Source: Monocercomonoides exilis PA203 (lineage: Eukaryota > Protista > Preaxostyla). Taken from it: a stretch of DNA of 64,000 nt. The notes beneath the pieces were generated by a model. That model was not told the origin of the DNA and made no database searches. It saw nothing but the letters and a program-made list of their open reading frames with translations. Positions 1-15,566 of the stretch are shown here, piece after piece. The position numbers and the translations under genes were made by a program. Positions within the stretch are counted from its first letter, which is position 1. Each line of letters begins with the position of its first letter. The stretch covers positions 1,054,001-1,118,000 of the forward strand of contig LSRY02000006.1 of NCBI GenBank assembly GCA_001643675.2, given 5' to 3'.

Positions 1-1844
1 CTCAGCTGCCCTTCAAACAAATCACAGATGATTGACTCGTTCCTCAAACGGCGCCGCTGCAGAGAACGAGCAGACGAAGAAAGCAGAGAAAAGCGCTGGA
101 ATGGATGCTGTTGTTGCAAAGAGGAGGAGGAAGAAGTGGAAGGCTGTTCAGCTGCTTGCCCTTCATTTGCTTTTGCATCGTGTTGCTGCTCATTAGAATC
201 ACTGCCTTGTTCCGATGCAATCTGTCTAACTTCAGTCTCTTCTTCGTCTTCGACATATGGTTTCTCGATAACGTGATTGAGATCTTCGTGAATCCCATCC
301 AAAACAAACGAAAGCAGCTCCTGTGCGTCTTGCTGCCCAAACCCAGAAAACTGCTGTCCATACGCCCCAACAACCTTTTTGAAGCCCCGAGGCGAAAATG
401 TCTTCATACACAGTCGAATCTCTTTCTTTCCTGGATCATTGTTGTTGCCCTGCTGCTTTGCTAACACTTGAGCTTCCTTTTCTGCGGCTTTCTTTTCCTG
501 TTCTTCTCTCTCCTTTTTCCGCTCTTCTTCTGCTTCTTCTTCGGTTATTTCTCCATTGAGCACTTTTTCTTCTCTCTGCTTCTCTCTCTTTTCTCTCTCT
601 GCTCTTAGCCTCTCCATTTTTTCTTCTTCAGTTTCTTCAAAATCTTCACGATTTGTAGAATTATCATTCGAACTCAATTTTGAATCAGACCCATTACGAA
701 TCTCTTCGTAATCTCCAAATGCATTTTTGCCGGCATATTTATTTGTCTTCATTTCGCATTTCAGCACAATTTCTCGTGCATGTTTCCCGGAAGTCATCAG
801 CAATTCGCTGCTGCCCCATATCCGATCGACAAGATACGAATACGCTCCTGCCATTTTCCCTTCACACCCAATGGGATTCAGCAAATTCACATCATCGATA
901 AACCGTCGAGAAAGAAAATGAGCAGTTAGAGGCACAATTTGTAGCAAACATTGAAGGGACGAGTTCATAAAACAAGTATTTCCTATGTTGCATAAGCCCA
1001 CAACTCCTCTGCTTTCAGGAACAGAAAGTGAAATCTCCTTAATTTGGAAGTCTGGCTTTTTGGCATATGCACCTTGATTGCTCCCACAAGCACATCCGTA
1101 TTTTTGCTTTGAATCATCTTTGATTTTCTTTTCATTGTCACATCCTCTTCTCGAAGGAGAAACAGAACGTGGTTGCTTTTGTTCCCTTTCAGACAAAATT
1201 GGATCAACAAATATGTAATCGTCATTTTCAAGTGCTTCGATTGGATTACTTTTTCCTTTGAATTCGACTTGTTCGCTTTCACTTTTCCATAGTCTAAGGC
1301 CAACACGCAAGTTCAAGCCAAAAGCCCTTCGAATTAAGTTTTGAATACGAATTGAAGGATCAAATCTTGAAACAGAGACAATTTTCAAGTCGGCTTTCTC
1401 AGGTTTATCTTCTCCAAAAGGCTTTAAAGAAAATTTTATATTTTTTGGATATAAATCAAGAATAAGACTTTTCTTATTCTTACGAAATTCTCTGGCAATT
1501 GGTGGTCCCCCTTTGTACCAAAGAAATAAAAATTGCCAAAGCTCCGTTGGCACAGCAAATACATCTTTATCCTCAATTAAACCTTTTGAGAAAAAAGAGT
1601 GGTAAAATCAAACTTATCATTAACTCTATTTTTAACCAATAAGAAAAGCCGAACCTTCAATTAATTCATTTGTCCCAGGTTTTAGAAAAGGTGAATTGTC
1701 AATCGGTGGAATTTCATTTGTCTCAAAAAACAATGATTTCCATGACATTGGAATCAGATTCCATTTATCAAATTCATTCTTCTCTGTTCCAATGAGATCT
1801 CGAAACAAACTTCTCCTGTCCTCCAACACAGATGAAGAATTCAT
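1..1844 (-). CDS. Ubiquitin-specific protease (USP4/11/15-like, DUSP + peptidase C19), 3' end runs off the window; intron 1583-1654
   Basis: Manual minus-strand translation gives a DUSP-like N-terminus (IPPIDNS...WYKGGPPIAR), Cys box GLCNIGNTCFMNSSLQCL, then FSGFGQQDAQELLSFVLDGIHEDLN and NESIICDLFEGQL. The GT..AG intron restores the frame. Missing from the ORF track because the frame is open at the window edge. Confidence 0.9.
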
Positions 1845-2004
1845 TGATTTTGTTTAAAATAAAATATGTTGGAAAGAATGATCACTTTCTTCTCTTTATT
1901 CAATGATATTTTCTATCTTATTATAATTTCACAAAATAAAAAATTTCAAAGAAGTCAAAGAATTTCAGATATGGAGATTAATATGGTGAAATGTTTTGTT
2001 ATTT

Positions 2005-2720
2005 TCATCCAAGGAGTCTCTTCTCTTCTCTTTCTTTTCTATCCAGAGCGTTGATAATTGCATTTTGGCAAAGCTTTTCGAATTCACTTTTGATCTATAA
2101 AAAAAATGTTTATTTAGTAAAAAAGTTTTATTTATCTTTTTAAGTATAAAGCAGCAAACAAGGTCTGGAGTTTGTTCAATTGAAGTATGAAAAGATGGAA
2201 TGCGTTGAAAAGCTTTTCCTGGCGTTGGTGGTCCCATTGGGGGATCGAAAGGATGAAGATGTTGAGCAAACACAAGACAGTTTGAATCCTTCATTGAAAG
2301 TGGCATTGCAAATGACCGATACCACCATTCCATTTCTCTTTCTTGACTACGATCTTCTGCGTTATATACAAAAATTATAGCATCTGTGTCCTGTTGTATT
2401 GCTTTCCAGCCACCTTCAAATCTAATTTGAAAATATGAAAAATGTTGCAATTTGAAAATAAATTCAATAATATTTATATGAAAAAAAATATCATACGCTC
2501 TATCACCAGATACGTCCCAAACTTCGACATAAACTTTGTTTCCAAGACCTGGAGCCGAAACGGTTGTTTGAGTAATAACTTCTTGAATCCGAACTCCAAC
2601 GGTTTTTTCGTAAGATTCTGATGGATGCTCGGAAGTTCCAGCAATAAGATTTGCAATATTTGTCTTACCCGTTCTACATGGCCCGATTATAATGATTTTT
2701 GGATGAATCTTCAACGACAT
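2005..2720 (-). CDS. IFT22: Intraflagellar transport protein 22 (RabL5 small GTPase); introns 2422-2496 and 2095-2159
   Basis: P-loop GPCRTGKT, TVGVRIQE, VEVWDVSGDRAFEGGWKAI, no NKxD motif, C-terminus DRKEREEKRLLG* after splicing. Confidence 0.85.
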
Positions 2721-2964
2721 TGTTCGTTTAATGGTTATTCATTGGAAATGTTTTGAATGTTTTTTTTTTGTTCGTTATTTATTCAGAAAAGCCAAATTAT
2801 TTTGAATTCGATGATTTGACGGATTAGAAATAAATGCACCATAATAAACAATTTATTTTTTTGAATTGTTTTAATTGTTAATTTTTTTATTTAATAAATA
2901 CATATCATAGATATCGATAGAATATTTTTAATTGCCATAAAGATAAAAATATTAAACAGCGTAA

Positions 2965-4549
2965 ATGAACACTGAAGAGTGGATTAGAGCAAAATTATTT
3001 GATGAATCACAAATAATTTCTTATAAAGATATTCAAAAAGAATTCAACTGCGCACCTGTAAAGGCAAAAGAGTATGTACTTTGGAAATTAATTTTCTCTA
3101 CTTTAAAAATTATTTTTTTAAAAGGATATTATCTTCGTTTTTCAATAATCATTCAAAAGAACTTACCTGCATTTACTATGTTACACTTGTTAAAAATGAA
3201 ACAATTAGTGTCAATCTAATGGCTCATGGTATTTCGTTGATATTTGCATTTTTCCATTTTTTGAGACTATATATTTTCGATATGTATGAATAGATGAATA
3301 CTTAAAATTAGAATCATCACTAATTCATAACTCTTTCATATACAGCATTACAAAAGCAGAGAGTCATAAAGATAAAGATGAGAAAATGGAAATTGATGAT
3401 GAAAAAGGCAAAGAACAACGAACTATTGATGAAGTTACTGATTCAATCAGAAAAATGTGGACAGATCTCCGTAAGCCACCAACAAATTGGATACGAAAGT
3501 AATATTATTATTTTATAATTTTATTGAATCATTATTGTTTTTATTGTATGTACAATTGTATTGTTAGTGAGCCATATGTCCATTCAAAATGGATTAATCA
3601 CGATGGGAGTGTGTTTCTTCCTCCGATAAATAATTCCCCAGTTCCTCCTGTTTCGCCTCCACTTATTCCTTCCGATAAGTTCTTGAAATCTCCTCGATCT
3701 CCTTTGGTCATTCAAAATGATAGTTCTACTGACTCGAAAAAAAAGCCTGCTTCATCTTTTGCTTCTCCTCCTCATTCACCAGGATCGCCAGCTTCTTCTT
3801 TCATTTCTCCTCCATCATCTCCTGCTTTGTCCTCAAAGACATCTGAAAGCTCTGCAACAAGTCCTCAATCTGTACATGCAGCAGCTCATCAACCAGCAAC
3901 AAAAGCTAATCAGGCCAAAAAGCCAACCTCCACTTCAAAGCAAAAAACTTCTCAAGCAAAAGAGCAAAAGCAATCACAGCCGAAACTTGCATTTAAAGCA
4001 ATGGCAACATCCCCAACAAAAAGGAAGCGAGGGCTTGTTTTGTCTGATGAGGAGGACGAAGACAGCAGCGAAATAGATGAAGAAGACGAGATGAATGAAG
4101 GAGTCGGAGAAATTGAAGGTTCAGAGTTTGTTGGAGAACTGGAAGAATTAGATGATGACCAAAAAGAAAGCTCTTCTCTGTCAAGAAAAAGAATGAGGCT
4201 TGACGATTCAGAATCAGTACACCAGCAGGAGCTGTCTTCATTCTCCAATTCACAGTCTCTTTCAAATTCTGTGCCAGAGTCTTTAAGTCCAATGCTCTCT
4301 GATTCTCAATCAAACAGTCAGTCGTCATCAAATTCTGGTTCTAAACTTTCGAGTTTGTTGAAGAAAGATACAATTTCAACTGGCAATTCACAGCACGACT
4401 CTCCTGCTCTTGCAAAGCCAGCACAGTCACAAACGAAAGCGAGAGCTTTGCCAAGCACATCCTCAAAATCAACCAGTAGTTCGGCTACAAAAGGCAAAAA
4501 AGGAACTCAAGGGCATTCGTCTATATCATCTTTCTTTAAGCCAAAATAA
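2965..4549 (+). CDS. POLD3: DNA polymerase delta subunit 3 (Cdc27/p66)-like; introns 3072-3124, 3229-3293, 3499-3567
   Basis: N-terminal winged-helix pattern (LFDESQIISYKDI...KAKEILSSF...FIYSI), disordered middle, terminal PIP-box-like SSISSFFKPK. Three GT-AG introns join the exons in frame. Confidence 0.7.
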
Positions 4550-4882
4550 ATAACTTTTCGAATGAATAACTAATGCTTTCACAGATTATTATTTTTTTTT
4601 CCCCAATAATTTAGAAAGACATTTATCATAACATAACAGTGTGTTTATGGTATTAGAATTCTGTTATCTTCACTTTCGCAAAACTTTTATATATAAACGG
4701 AAAAATCTTTTCATAATAATTTAAAATGAAAAGCGAAAGCTAGATGCATTAACGTTATTTGCGTGTATATTTCAAAATATAAAATCATAAAATCCAAATA
4801 AATTAGAAGGAAAATAAAAAATATTTTTACCAAAAAACTTTCCCATAAGAAATTTTAAAGATTATTGCATGAGTATTTTTTA

Positions 4883-6382
4883 ATGTTTACGATAACAAAA
4901 CAAAATATTCTTCATCGTTCAATTCGAACACCAGATATTTTTGATTTTTCATTCCCCACAGGCGTACCACCAGCTCCTCAACCAAGAGAAAACAAGTTAA
5001 TTCTTCAAGAAAAATCAATAAAAAAGCATGTTGATTTATTTAAGGAGTGCTTTCCTGGAATTGATATTGAGTACATCGAAAATGAAATTGCAAAACATGT
5101 GAAAGAACCAAATTTTCAGACGAAATTGATGGATTCATTGTTGGATATGGATGGGAAATACCCAAAAACTGATTTATCAAAACAATCAAACAGTTCTGTG
5201 CGCACAAGGGATTTTACAAATACTTCCATTGCTGTTAGTGATAGCTATCAAAGACTTGCGCAAACTTTTATTTTAAATGAATATAGATACTTACCTGAAA
5301 TATTTTTGAAAAGCCAACTTCAACTTTTCAATTTTCATATCCTTCCGTGCTTCGAATATCTTTCAAAAAACTTACAGATTTTTACAAATTATGCAATTTT
5401 GGATGGAGAAAAAATTGATATTTTGGATTACCCGAGAGAACTATTATCATTTTTGCCATGTAGCGATGGAATATTTTATGAGGAATATAAGACTCTTTTA
5501 AATGAAAAAGTGGAAGCCGAAAAGGAGTATCAAAAGGAGCTGCAAAAAGAGGTACAGTTGAGTGTTGCACTGGTTACTGGGCGTCAAATTGTGGAATGCC
5601 CGATTTGCTACAATTCATGCTTTGAAAGTGAATTGCATCAATGTACCAGAGGCCACACTTGCTGCATTCGGTGCGTGTGTAGTAACATCGTTTCTGGCTT
5701 GGGAATTCAGCGCACTAACAAGCAGTGCATCGCAGAAACCGACTGCGATGGCATATATCCAACGTACCAATTGAAGAAAATATTACCTGAGCGAGTTTTG
5801 AAAAGATTTTTGGAAGTGGAGGAGCACGAATCTCTATTGACAGCTCATATTAAAGGGTTTGAGAGATGTCCATTTTGTGATTGGGGGATGGTGATAGAAG
5901 ATAAAAACGAGCCAGAGTTCCACTGCAAAAGGCCAACATGCGGGAGAATAACATGCCGCAAATGCAAAAAAGATTCGCATCTTCCGTTTTTGTGTGCTGC
6001 TGAAGTGGAAGAAAGCGAAGAAGCGCTGTGGAAGTATGTGGAGGAGAAAGCCGACGAGGCACGCATCAGGCATTGCCCGCATTGCGGTGTTCCGGTGGTG
6101 AAGGTGAAAGGGTGCAACCACATTGCATGTGTATGTGGGAATCACTTCTGCTATTTGTGCAGCAAAATCTTGCCTGCAAGTAACATCTATGGACACTTCA
6201 ACAGAGGGGATGGGACGGGATGTGCAATGTATACAGACTCGTTGGCAGATGATAGCAAACGAGTGAAAGAAGCGGCATATAAGGCGAAGGAGGAGTGGAT
6301 GATGATGCATCCGCGCTGCACACATATAAAGCTCTTGATTGAGGATGTATTGAAAATTGAGGAGAAAGAAGGAAATGATTAA
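4883..6382 (+). CDS. RBR-type E3 ubiquitin ligase (RNF216/TRIAD3-like)
   Basis: RING1 (CPIC...CTRGHTCCIRC), IBR (CPFC...CKRPTCGRITCRKCKKDSH), RING2 (CPHC...KGCNHIACVCGNHFCYLC), CUE-like N-terminal segment. Confidence 0.85.
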   Translation: MFTITKQNILHRSIRTPDIFDFSFPTGVPPAPQPRENKLILQEKSIKKHVDLFKECFPGIDIEYIENEIAKHVKEPNFQTKLMDSLLDMDGKYPKTDLSKQSNSSVRTRDFTNTSIAVSDSYQRLAQTFILNEYRYLPEIFLKSQLQLFNFHILPCFEYLSKNLQIFTNYAILDGEKIDILDYPRELLSFLPCSDGIFYEEYKTLLNEKVEAEKEYQKELQKEVQLSVALVTGRQIVECPICYNSCFESELHQCTRGHTCCIRCVCSNIVSGLGIQRTNKQCIAETDCDGIYPTYQLKKILPERVLKRFLEVEEHESLLTAHIKGFERCPFCDWGMVIEDKNEPEFHCKRPTCGRITCRKCKKDSHLPFLCAAEVEESEEALWKYVEEKADEARIRHCPHCGVPVVKVKGCNHIACVCGNHFCYLCSKILPASNIYGHFNRGDGTGCAMYTDSLADDSKRVKEAAYKAKEEWMMMHPRCTHIKLLIEDVLKIEEKEGND

Positions 6383-7125
6383 AAAGATCTATTTCCTTAT
6401 AAATTGCTTTTTTTGTTGTTGTTTGAAATAGTGTTATATTTTTTCTTTTTGTTTATTAAAAAAGAAATTTTTTTTCAAATTTGAATACGTTCAATGGAAA
6501 GTTTTTGAAGATTTTGCTTTTTAATTAAAATTTAGAACAAATGACAGATTATTTATTTTCGCTTTCAAGTTGATTTGACTCATGAAAGCTTTTTAAAAAG
6601 AAATATTAATTTTGTTTTAATTTCAATTGAAAACTGAAAATGATAGCAAATGCAGTCTTCTACGTATCATGAAAATGGAAACATATTATCGAGTCGATGT
6701 TATTCACGGAATTCTTTTTCCCGCATTGAATCTAATTTGCATTAAAGAATCTTCAAAATAAGCTTTATTTTAAATCAAAAATTCCTTATCTTATCATTAA
6801 ATTTGTACTTAAAATTTCAATCAAGGAATAGTCCGATGAATGAATGAAATAATCAGACTGAGAGAATGAATAGTCTGATGAGTTTCATTCATTCACATTC
6901 TATTTCCAGTGAATCATTTAGTGATTGAAAAGCTCTTCCCTTTCGCAAACATTGATTCTATTTAAATTTTCATCATTTTACGATTGTCACAAATGCAATT
7001 GAAGTTCTTTCTTTTTGTATTTCTGAAGATTATTTTTAATAAAAAATAAATAAAATAAAATAAAATAAAGAAGCAAATTTTTATAATTTACAATTCAACA
7101 TAAAAAAAAAAGTGGCATATGCTAA

Positions 7126-10544
<3,419 letters not shown>

Positions 10545-10860
10545 TCATAACCAATTTTACAAATAAAGAATATTCATCAAAAATTGCATCCAATAATATA
10601 TTCAAATAGTTCTCATTATTCAACAATGAATGCAATTGACTTCAATAAGTAATAATTTTTTTAGGAGAAAAATGCCTTTTATTAAAAGTTTTTAGCTTAT
10701 TAAAATTAGATTTTTAGAAAATGTATATTTTTTTGATTTTATTTTCATGTTTAGCAAACACAAAAAAAGAAGAAGAAACATAGAAATAAAAAAGGCCCCA
10801 ACTTTGCCTTCAAAATAAATTCATTGATTGAATAAATATTCAACCATGAAGCTTTCGGCA

Positions 10861-12360
10861 TTACATCCATGTGCGTTCAATATCAGTTGATTTCTTCTTG
10901 TACGAACTTTTCTTCAGCTTCTTGGATTCCACAATTGTAACAGTACCGCCAGAGTTTCCGGCGCCGACTCCGAATTTAATTTCCTTCGGGATGCCAACAT
11001 ATGTCACAGGCTGCCTCTTTCCGTTCTTGAAAAAGATGACCCTCTCTTTTCCTTTCTTTTTCGGCTTGAGATCAACTTCAACAGTGATGCGGTCTCCGTC
11101 TGTATAAGTTTCGTTTCCAGAAACCGACGAGCTGTTCTGATAGATTATTCCCGTGGTGTAGTACGCTATGGACACACTATCATATCCAAAGCACGAAGTC
11201 ATTGAACGACTGTTGGGGAACGCGCACAGTCCAATCACTGGAGTCCATGAACCACCTATTTGATTCTTTAATACCACCTCAAATTTCCAGACTGCTTTCT
11301 TCACTGGCTTTGCTGTCACAATCATGGTAGATGTGCGATAATTCCATGTGGCCACATTCTTTTTGATAGTCACAGTCGACCCTGCGAACTTGTCCCAAAG
11401 TAATTGAAGTTCTAAATTTCGCAGATGTTGTGAAAATTAGAAGCAATATTTTTGCAATAGAAATAGTTAAGTGAACAAATAAATAAAATAAAATAAAATA
11501 AAATAAAAATTGCATTAGCACGTAAAAGCTTTAATAAAAAAATGTTCAAACTTCCAATTTTAAGCTTGTCCTTCTTTTTCTTCTTTTTCTTATCGTCTGA
11601 ATCTGAATCTGAACTTGAACTGTCGCTGTCATCGTCATCACTGTCATCACTGTCATCACTATCGCTATCGCTACTGCTATCATCGTCATCGTCACTGTCA
11701 GAATCATCATCGTCGTCATCGTCATCATCGCTACTTGAGTCTTTCTTTCCTTTCTTTTCCTTTTTAGATTTCTTATCCTTCTTTTCCTTCTTGTCTTTTT
11801 TTTCCTTTTTTTCCTTTTTTTCATCATCTTCTGATGATTCTTTTTCTTTTTTTGTGTCTTCTTTTTTTGACTCTTTTTCTAAAAATAGACTCCGTGCTCT
11901 TTTGCATATTTGTTTCAATGATTCGGTTTCCTTTAAGAAAAAAATTAATCAGAAAATGAAGCATAAACATTGAATATAAATATCAAACATTGTCTATGTA
12001 TTCTTTAAATTTCGATTCAAATGCTTCAAGGTCTTCAAGAGTTATATCAAGCTTTTCATCTTCCAGAGATTCTATTATATTTTTAACAAAAAATGACAAC
12101 GTCAAAATTTTAAAAGACTGCACGCCCAAACCTTCTTTTTCTTTTTCCTCTTCAAATTTTCCTTCAATTGCATTTTTTATAATTATTTCTGCCTCTTCCT
12201 CCTTATCAGATTCTATTTTTGTTTGAAGGAATTGTGCGGTCTTCTTTAGAACGTCAATGAGTTTTATCTTATGCCACTCAACATCTGGCATCTTTTTGAC
12301 TCCCAATGCAACAAGGAGCTCATCATTTGAAAGCTTTTTGGTCTCTTCTCCAGATTCCAT
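10861..12360 (-). CDS. SPRY/B30.2-like domain protein with Lys/Asp/Ser-rich linker; introns 11931-11988 and 11412-11551
   Basis: Three ORF pieces join in frame through GTTTG..AG introns. C-terminal domain WKFEV...IGL...FG..SVSIAYY..G.IY....YTDGDRITVEVDL...FFKNGKRQP is a SPRY-type pattern. Confidence 0.7.
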
Positions 12361-12626
12361 TTGAGTTGATCTTCCCTTTAGAAATTCCACAAAGCAGAGA
12401 AAAATTAGGTTTTGTTTCGCAAAAAGGAAAGTTTTGCTTTGAGACATTTAATTAATTAAAATAGTTGTGCTATAATCTGTGAGTATGTATTTTTGAAGTT
12501 ATTATGCATTATTTATGCTTTATTTTTGTGTTTGAAGGATTTAAGAAAACTTGATTCCTATTTATTCGTTGGATTTAACTGTAGAATTGCAAAAGAAGCA
12601 TCAAGACGAACACCACAAAACATGTG

Positions 12627-15044
12627 ATGGAAGCAAACTGTTTGAAGGTTTTTTCCACCTCAACTTTGTCTGACAGCGAAATCCATCCTTCGTCACCGGA
12701 AACGTTAACTGGGAGTAGAGGAGCACATAGATTGAATAATTTTGGAAAAGCAGAACAACAAATTTATTGCTCAAGTTACTGTCCGTCTGTGCAGCAGTCG
12801 AAGCTGTCTTCTCTTCCTTTTGAGCTTAAAGAGACTTCTTTAAGTGTAGCACATGGTGCTGCAGATAGGTTTGCACAATCATGGAATAAGAATACGTTGT
12901 ACACAGATGATGGCACGTTCCTTGAGAAAGACCAAATATTGAACTTTTCTATGAAGTTGAAACAACTGGAGCCAAACAAGAAAGAAGACATACGAGAAAG
13001 TGATGATTCAAAAGTCTCTGGAAACTGGGGAATTCAAAACTCAAAGCTAATTATGCACTTTAGCTCTCCAAAGATATCAAATATTTGCGGAATTGGAACC
13101 AAAAACGAAGAACGGTTTATTACTCAGGAAAAGGAAGGTTCGACGGATTGGCAAAATTTGTTGAAAAGGAATGTATTTGGACCTGAGCGTTCAGTTGCAC
13201 CGTTCGGGTTTGTATCGGATTTAAGCAAACGATTATTGGTACGTGAAGAACAGCAAGGGAAAACAATTTGGAAATCAAGAAATGAGCAGGGAGGAATGAG
13301 TGAAGAAAGAAAGTCCGATGAAGCTAGTTTATCTTTGCATTCGTTGAGCACATCTTCAATTAGTTCGTCGTGCGAATCTCCAGAAGCACTTGCAGGAGAT
13401 GTCATAAAGTGGAGGCCTAGCTTGACTTTGCAGAGCGAAGTGAGCGGAGATGTTGTTGTCGAAGTTGGAGGAGAAAAATGCACGGACTTATTAAATCTTC
13501 GGATGGACGAGCTGAAAGAGAAATGGCAACATGAAGACTCAATAGCAGTCGGAGCACAATACGCTGACAGAAATTGCAGCCTTGCTGAGAGCTTTGGTGC
13601 TTCTGGCACAAACGATGATGATAATCTTTTTCTTGAAGAACAAATGTCACGAAGGAGAATAGTAAAGGCGCAAATTAAAGAGGCAATTCAGTTTCGAAAG
13701 ATATTTGGAGTCTGGGTTGAAAAAGAATGGAACAACAACGAGGAAGAGAGGCAGATGTGGGAAGCAGCCAAGCGAAGAAGCGAGAAAAGTGTTGGTGAGA
13801 AAGAAGAGCAGGAACAGTTTTCAGATCAAACGATAGAAGAACTGAGGACACTTCTGCGAGAGAAAGAAGAGGAAACAGAAGCAAATGGCAAAGACACAGT
13901 TCAAAAGGAACGGAATGAGATAGAAGAGGGAGGATGCAAAGAGACAAACATCAAGGAAAGGAAAGAGTTTGACTCAGTGGGGATTCAGGAGCTGAAGCAG
14001 CTGATTGAAAAGAAGGAAGAAAAGATGAAGAAAGAAGAGATAGAAAAGAGTCTTACGGCTGCGGGCAGGTTTTTTATGAGCGTTAAAAGAGAATACGAGA
14101 AGCTGCAAAAGAAGGGGCAATGCTGCAGTGGGTTAGAGTTTGACCCGAAAAAGATGAAAGTGGTGCAAAACACTGAAAAGAAAGCAAGATACACTCTGAT
14201 CAAGGCCAATTCAGATGATTTCAAGGAAATATCCGTCTTTCAGGATCATCATCTCCAGCTGGATGCGCCCATCGATGTTTCTCCGTATTCTTTTCCTGAT
14301 ACAAAGTGTGAAGAAGCAACAGCAGAGCGATTGGGCAGCTCATTGACAGCTTGTTGTGTTGAAGGTGTTTCTCCTCTGTTGCAGTCGAAGAATCTCATTT
14401 GTTCTGAACAGTATCCCACTCGACAAGTAGTCAGAGGAAACATGATTCGTCTGACGCATCCTTCAGGTTTGTTTTCGTCAAGAAACATTTTTGGCAATTC
14501 TGGGTTGATAAAAACAACGAAATTTTATTCAAAGAACGAGGAAACAAAGATGGGGAAGGAACTTCAAGCTAACGAAAGAAAGGAATGCTCCAACTTCAAT
14601 GAGAATATCTGTAGTTTTCTATCTCATCCTTTCAAAGATCGACTTTATCTGGAAATGTTTACAGAACCCGAATACTGCTGCTCCAAATCAAAGCCACTTT
14701 TCAACGAGCCATCGAAGCAAATTACTTTTGATGATTTTGAATGTGTGCCTTGCATTTTGAGTCTGTGTTATTACTACAAGATCTTCAAGAGCGACTCTTC
14801 ATTTGATTTGGCTGGAGATGACAAGTATTTGTTGTATGAAAGGACAACAAGGAACATGATAAATGAGCTTCGCTTTCAATATTTGAAGACAAGGGAACTG
14901 ATGGAAGAGAGGAAGTATAAAAAGACCCCACCACAACGAAAGTTCACTTGGAGCTTTGATGTGTGGATTCCAGCACTAAAAAGACAAAGAAGAGGGAAAA
15001 AAGGAAAGAGTAAAACAAAGTTGGAAGCTCTGGAAGATTCATAA
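12627..15044 (+). CDS. Hypothetical protein (~805 aa, coiled-coil middle)
   Basis: Long uninterrupted ORF with coding-like composition; no domain recognised. Confidence 0.7.
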   Translation: MEANCLKVFSTSTLSDSEIHPSSPETLTGSRGAHRLNNFGKAEQQIYCSSYCPSVQQSKLSSLPFELKETSLSVAHGAADRFAQSWNKNTLYTDDGTFLEKDQILNFSMKLKQLEPNKKEDIRESDDSKVSGNWGIQNSKLIMHFSSPKISNICGIGTKNEERFITQEKEGSTDWQNLLKRNVFGPERSVAPFGFVSDLSKRLLVREEQQGKTIWKSRNEQGGMSEERKSDEASLSLHSLSTSSISSSCESPEALAGDVIKWRPSLTLQSEVSGDVVVEVGGEKCTDLLNLRMDELKEKWQHEDSIAVGAQYADRNCSLAESFGASGTNDDDNLFLEEQMSRRRIVKAQIKEAIQFRKIFGVWVEKEWNNNEEERQMWEAAKRRSEKSVGEKEEQEQFSDQTIEELRTLLREKEEETEANGKDTVQKERNEIEEGGCKETNIKERKEFDSVGIQELKQLIEKKEEKMKKEEIEKSLTAAGRFFMSVKREYEKLQKKGQCCSGLEFDPKKMKVVQNTEKKARYTLIKANSDDFKEISVFQDHHLQLDAPIDVSPYSFPDTKCEEATAERLGSSLTACCVEGVSPLLQSKNLICSEQYPTRQVVRGNMIRLTHPSGLFSSRNIFGNSGLIKTTKFYSKNEETKMGKELQANERKECSNFNENICSFLSHPFKDRLYLEMFTEPEYCCSKSKPLFNEPSKQITFDDFECVPCILSLCYYYKIFKSDSSFDLAGDDKYLLYERTTRNMINELRFQYLKTRELMEERKYKKTPPQRKFTWSFDVWIPALKRQRRGKKGKSKTKLEALEDS

Positions 15045-15566
15045 AAGCTATCAAATCAATATGAGGAAATTGAATAAAAAAATAGTGACTCAGGAAAAAA
15101 ATTTTTTTGAATGTGTATTATGGACAGCTAAGAGCAGCTTGTGTTTACTATAATTGCTTTAGTACTTTTTTGTATCATACTCTCAATTTAATAAATGTTT
15201 ATTTTTTTAACTGAAACTGCGAATTTGCTTGAATTTACTTGCAGACGTTTGAAAAAGTGAAATGTTGAAATTGTTTGAATGCTCCTTTCTACATTTATTG
15301 AACATTCATGTTTTTGCATAATCATGCAGAGTATGTTTTCGCACTTTGGAAGTTTTAGTCATTGTTAAATGGAATAAAAAGCAATCAAACAATAAAAAAG
15401 AATACAGAAAAAATTTTTGCACAAAAAATTGTTGTTAATAATCCTTCTTGTTTTGCACGACTATAATGTTTTATTTTATTATCTTACGAAAAGTATTGCC
15501 TATGCAAAAGTGATTCCATAAAAAATTTTCTTTTTCCCTTCATTAGGATTTAAGATTCAAAAGAGG

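Noticed and set aside
6875-6935. Hammerhead ribozyme (CTGATGA...GAAA)
   Set aside because: No stem II closing directly before GAAA and no stem I/III arrangement with a cleavage triplet
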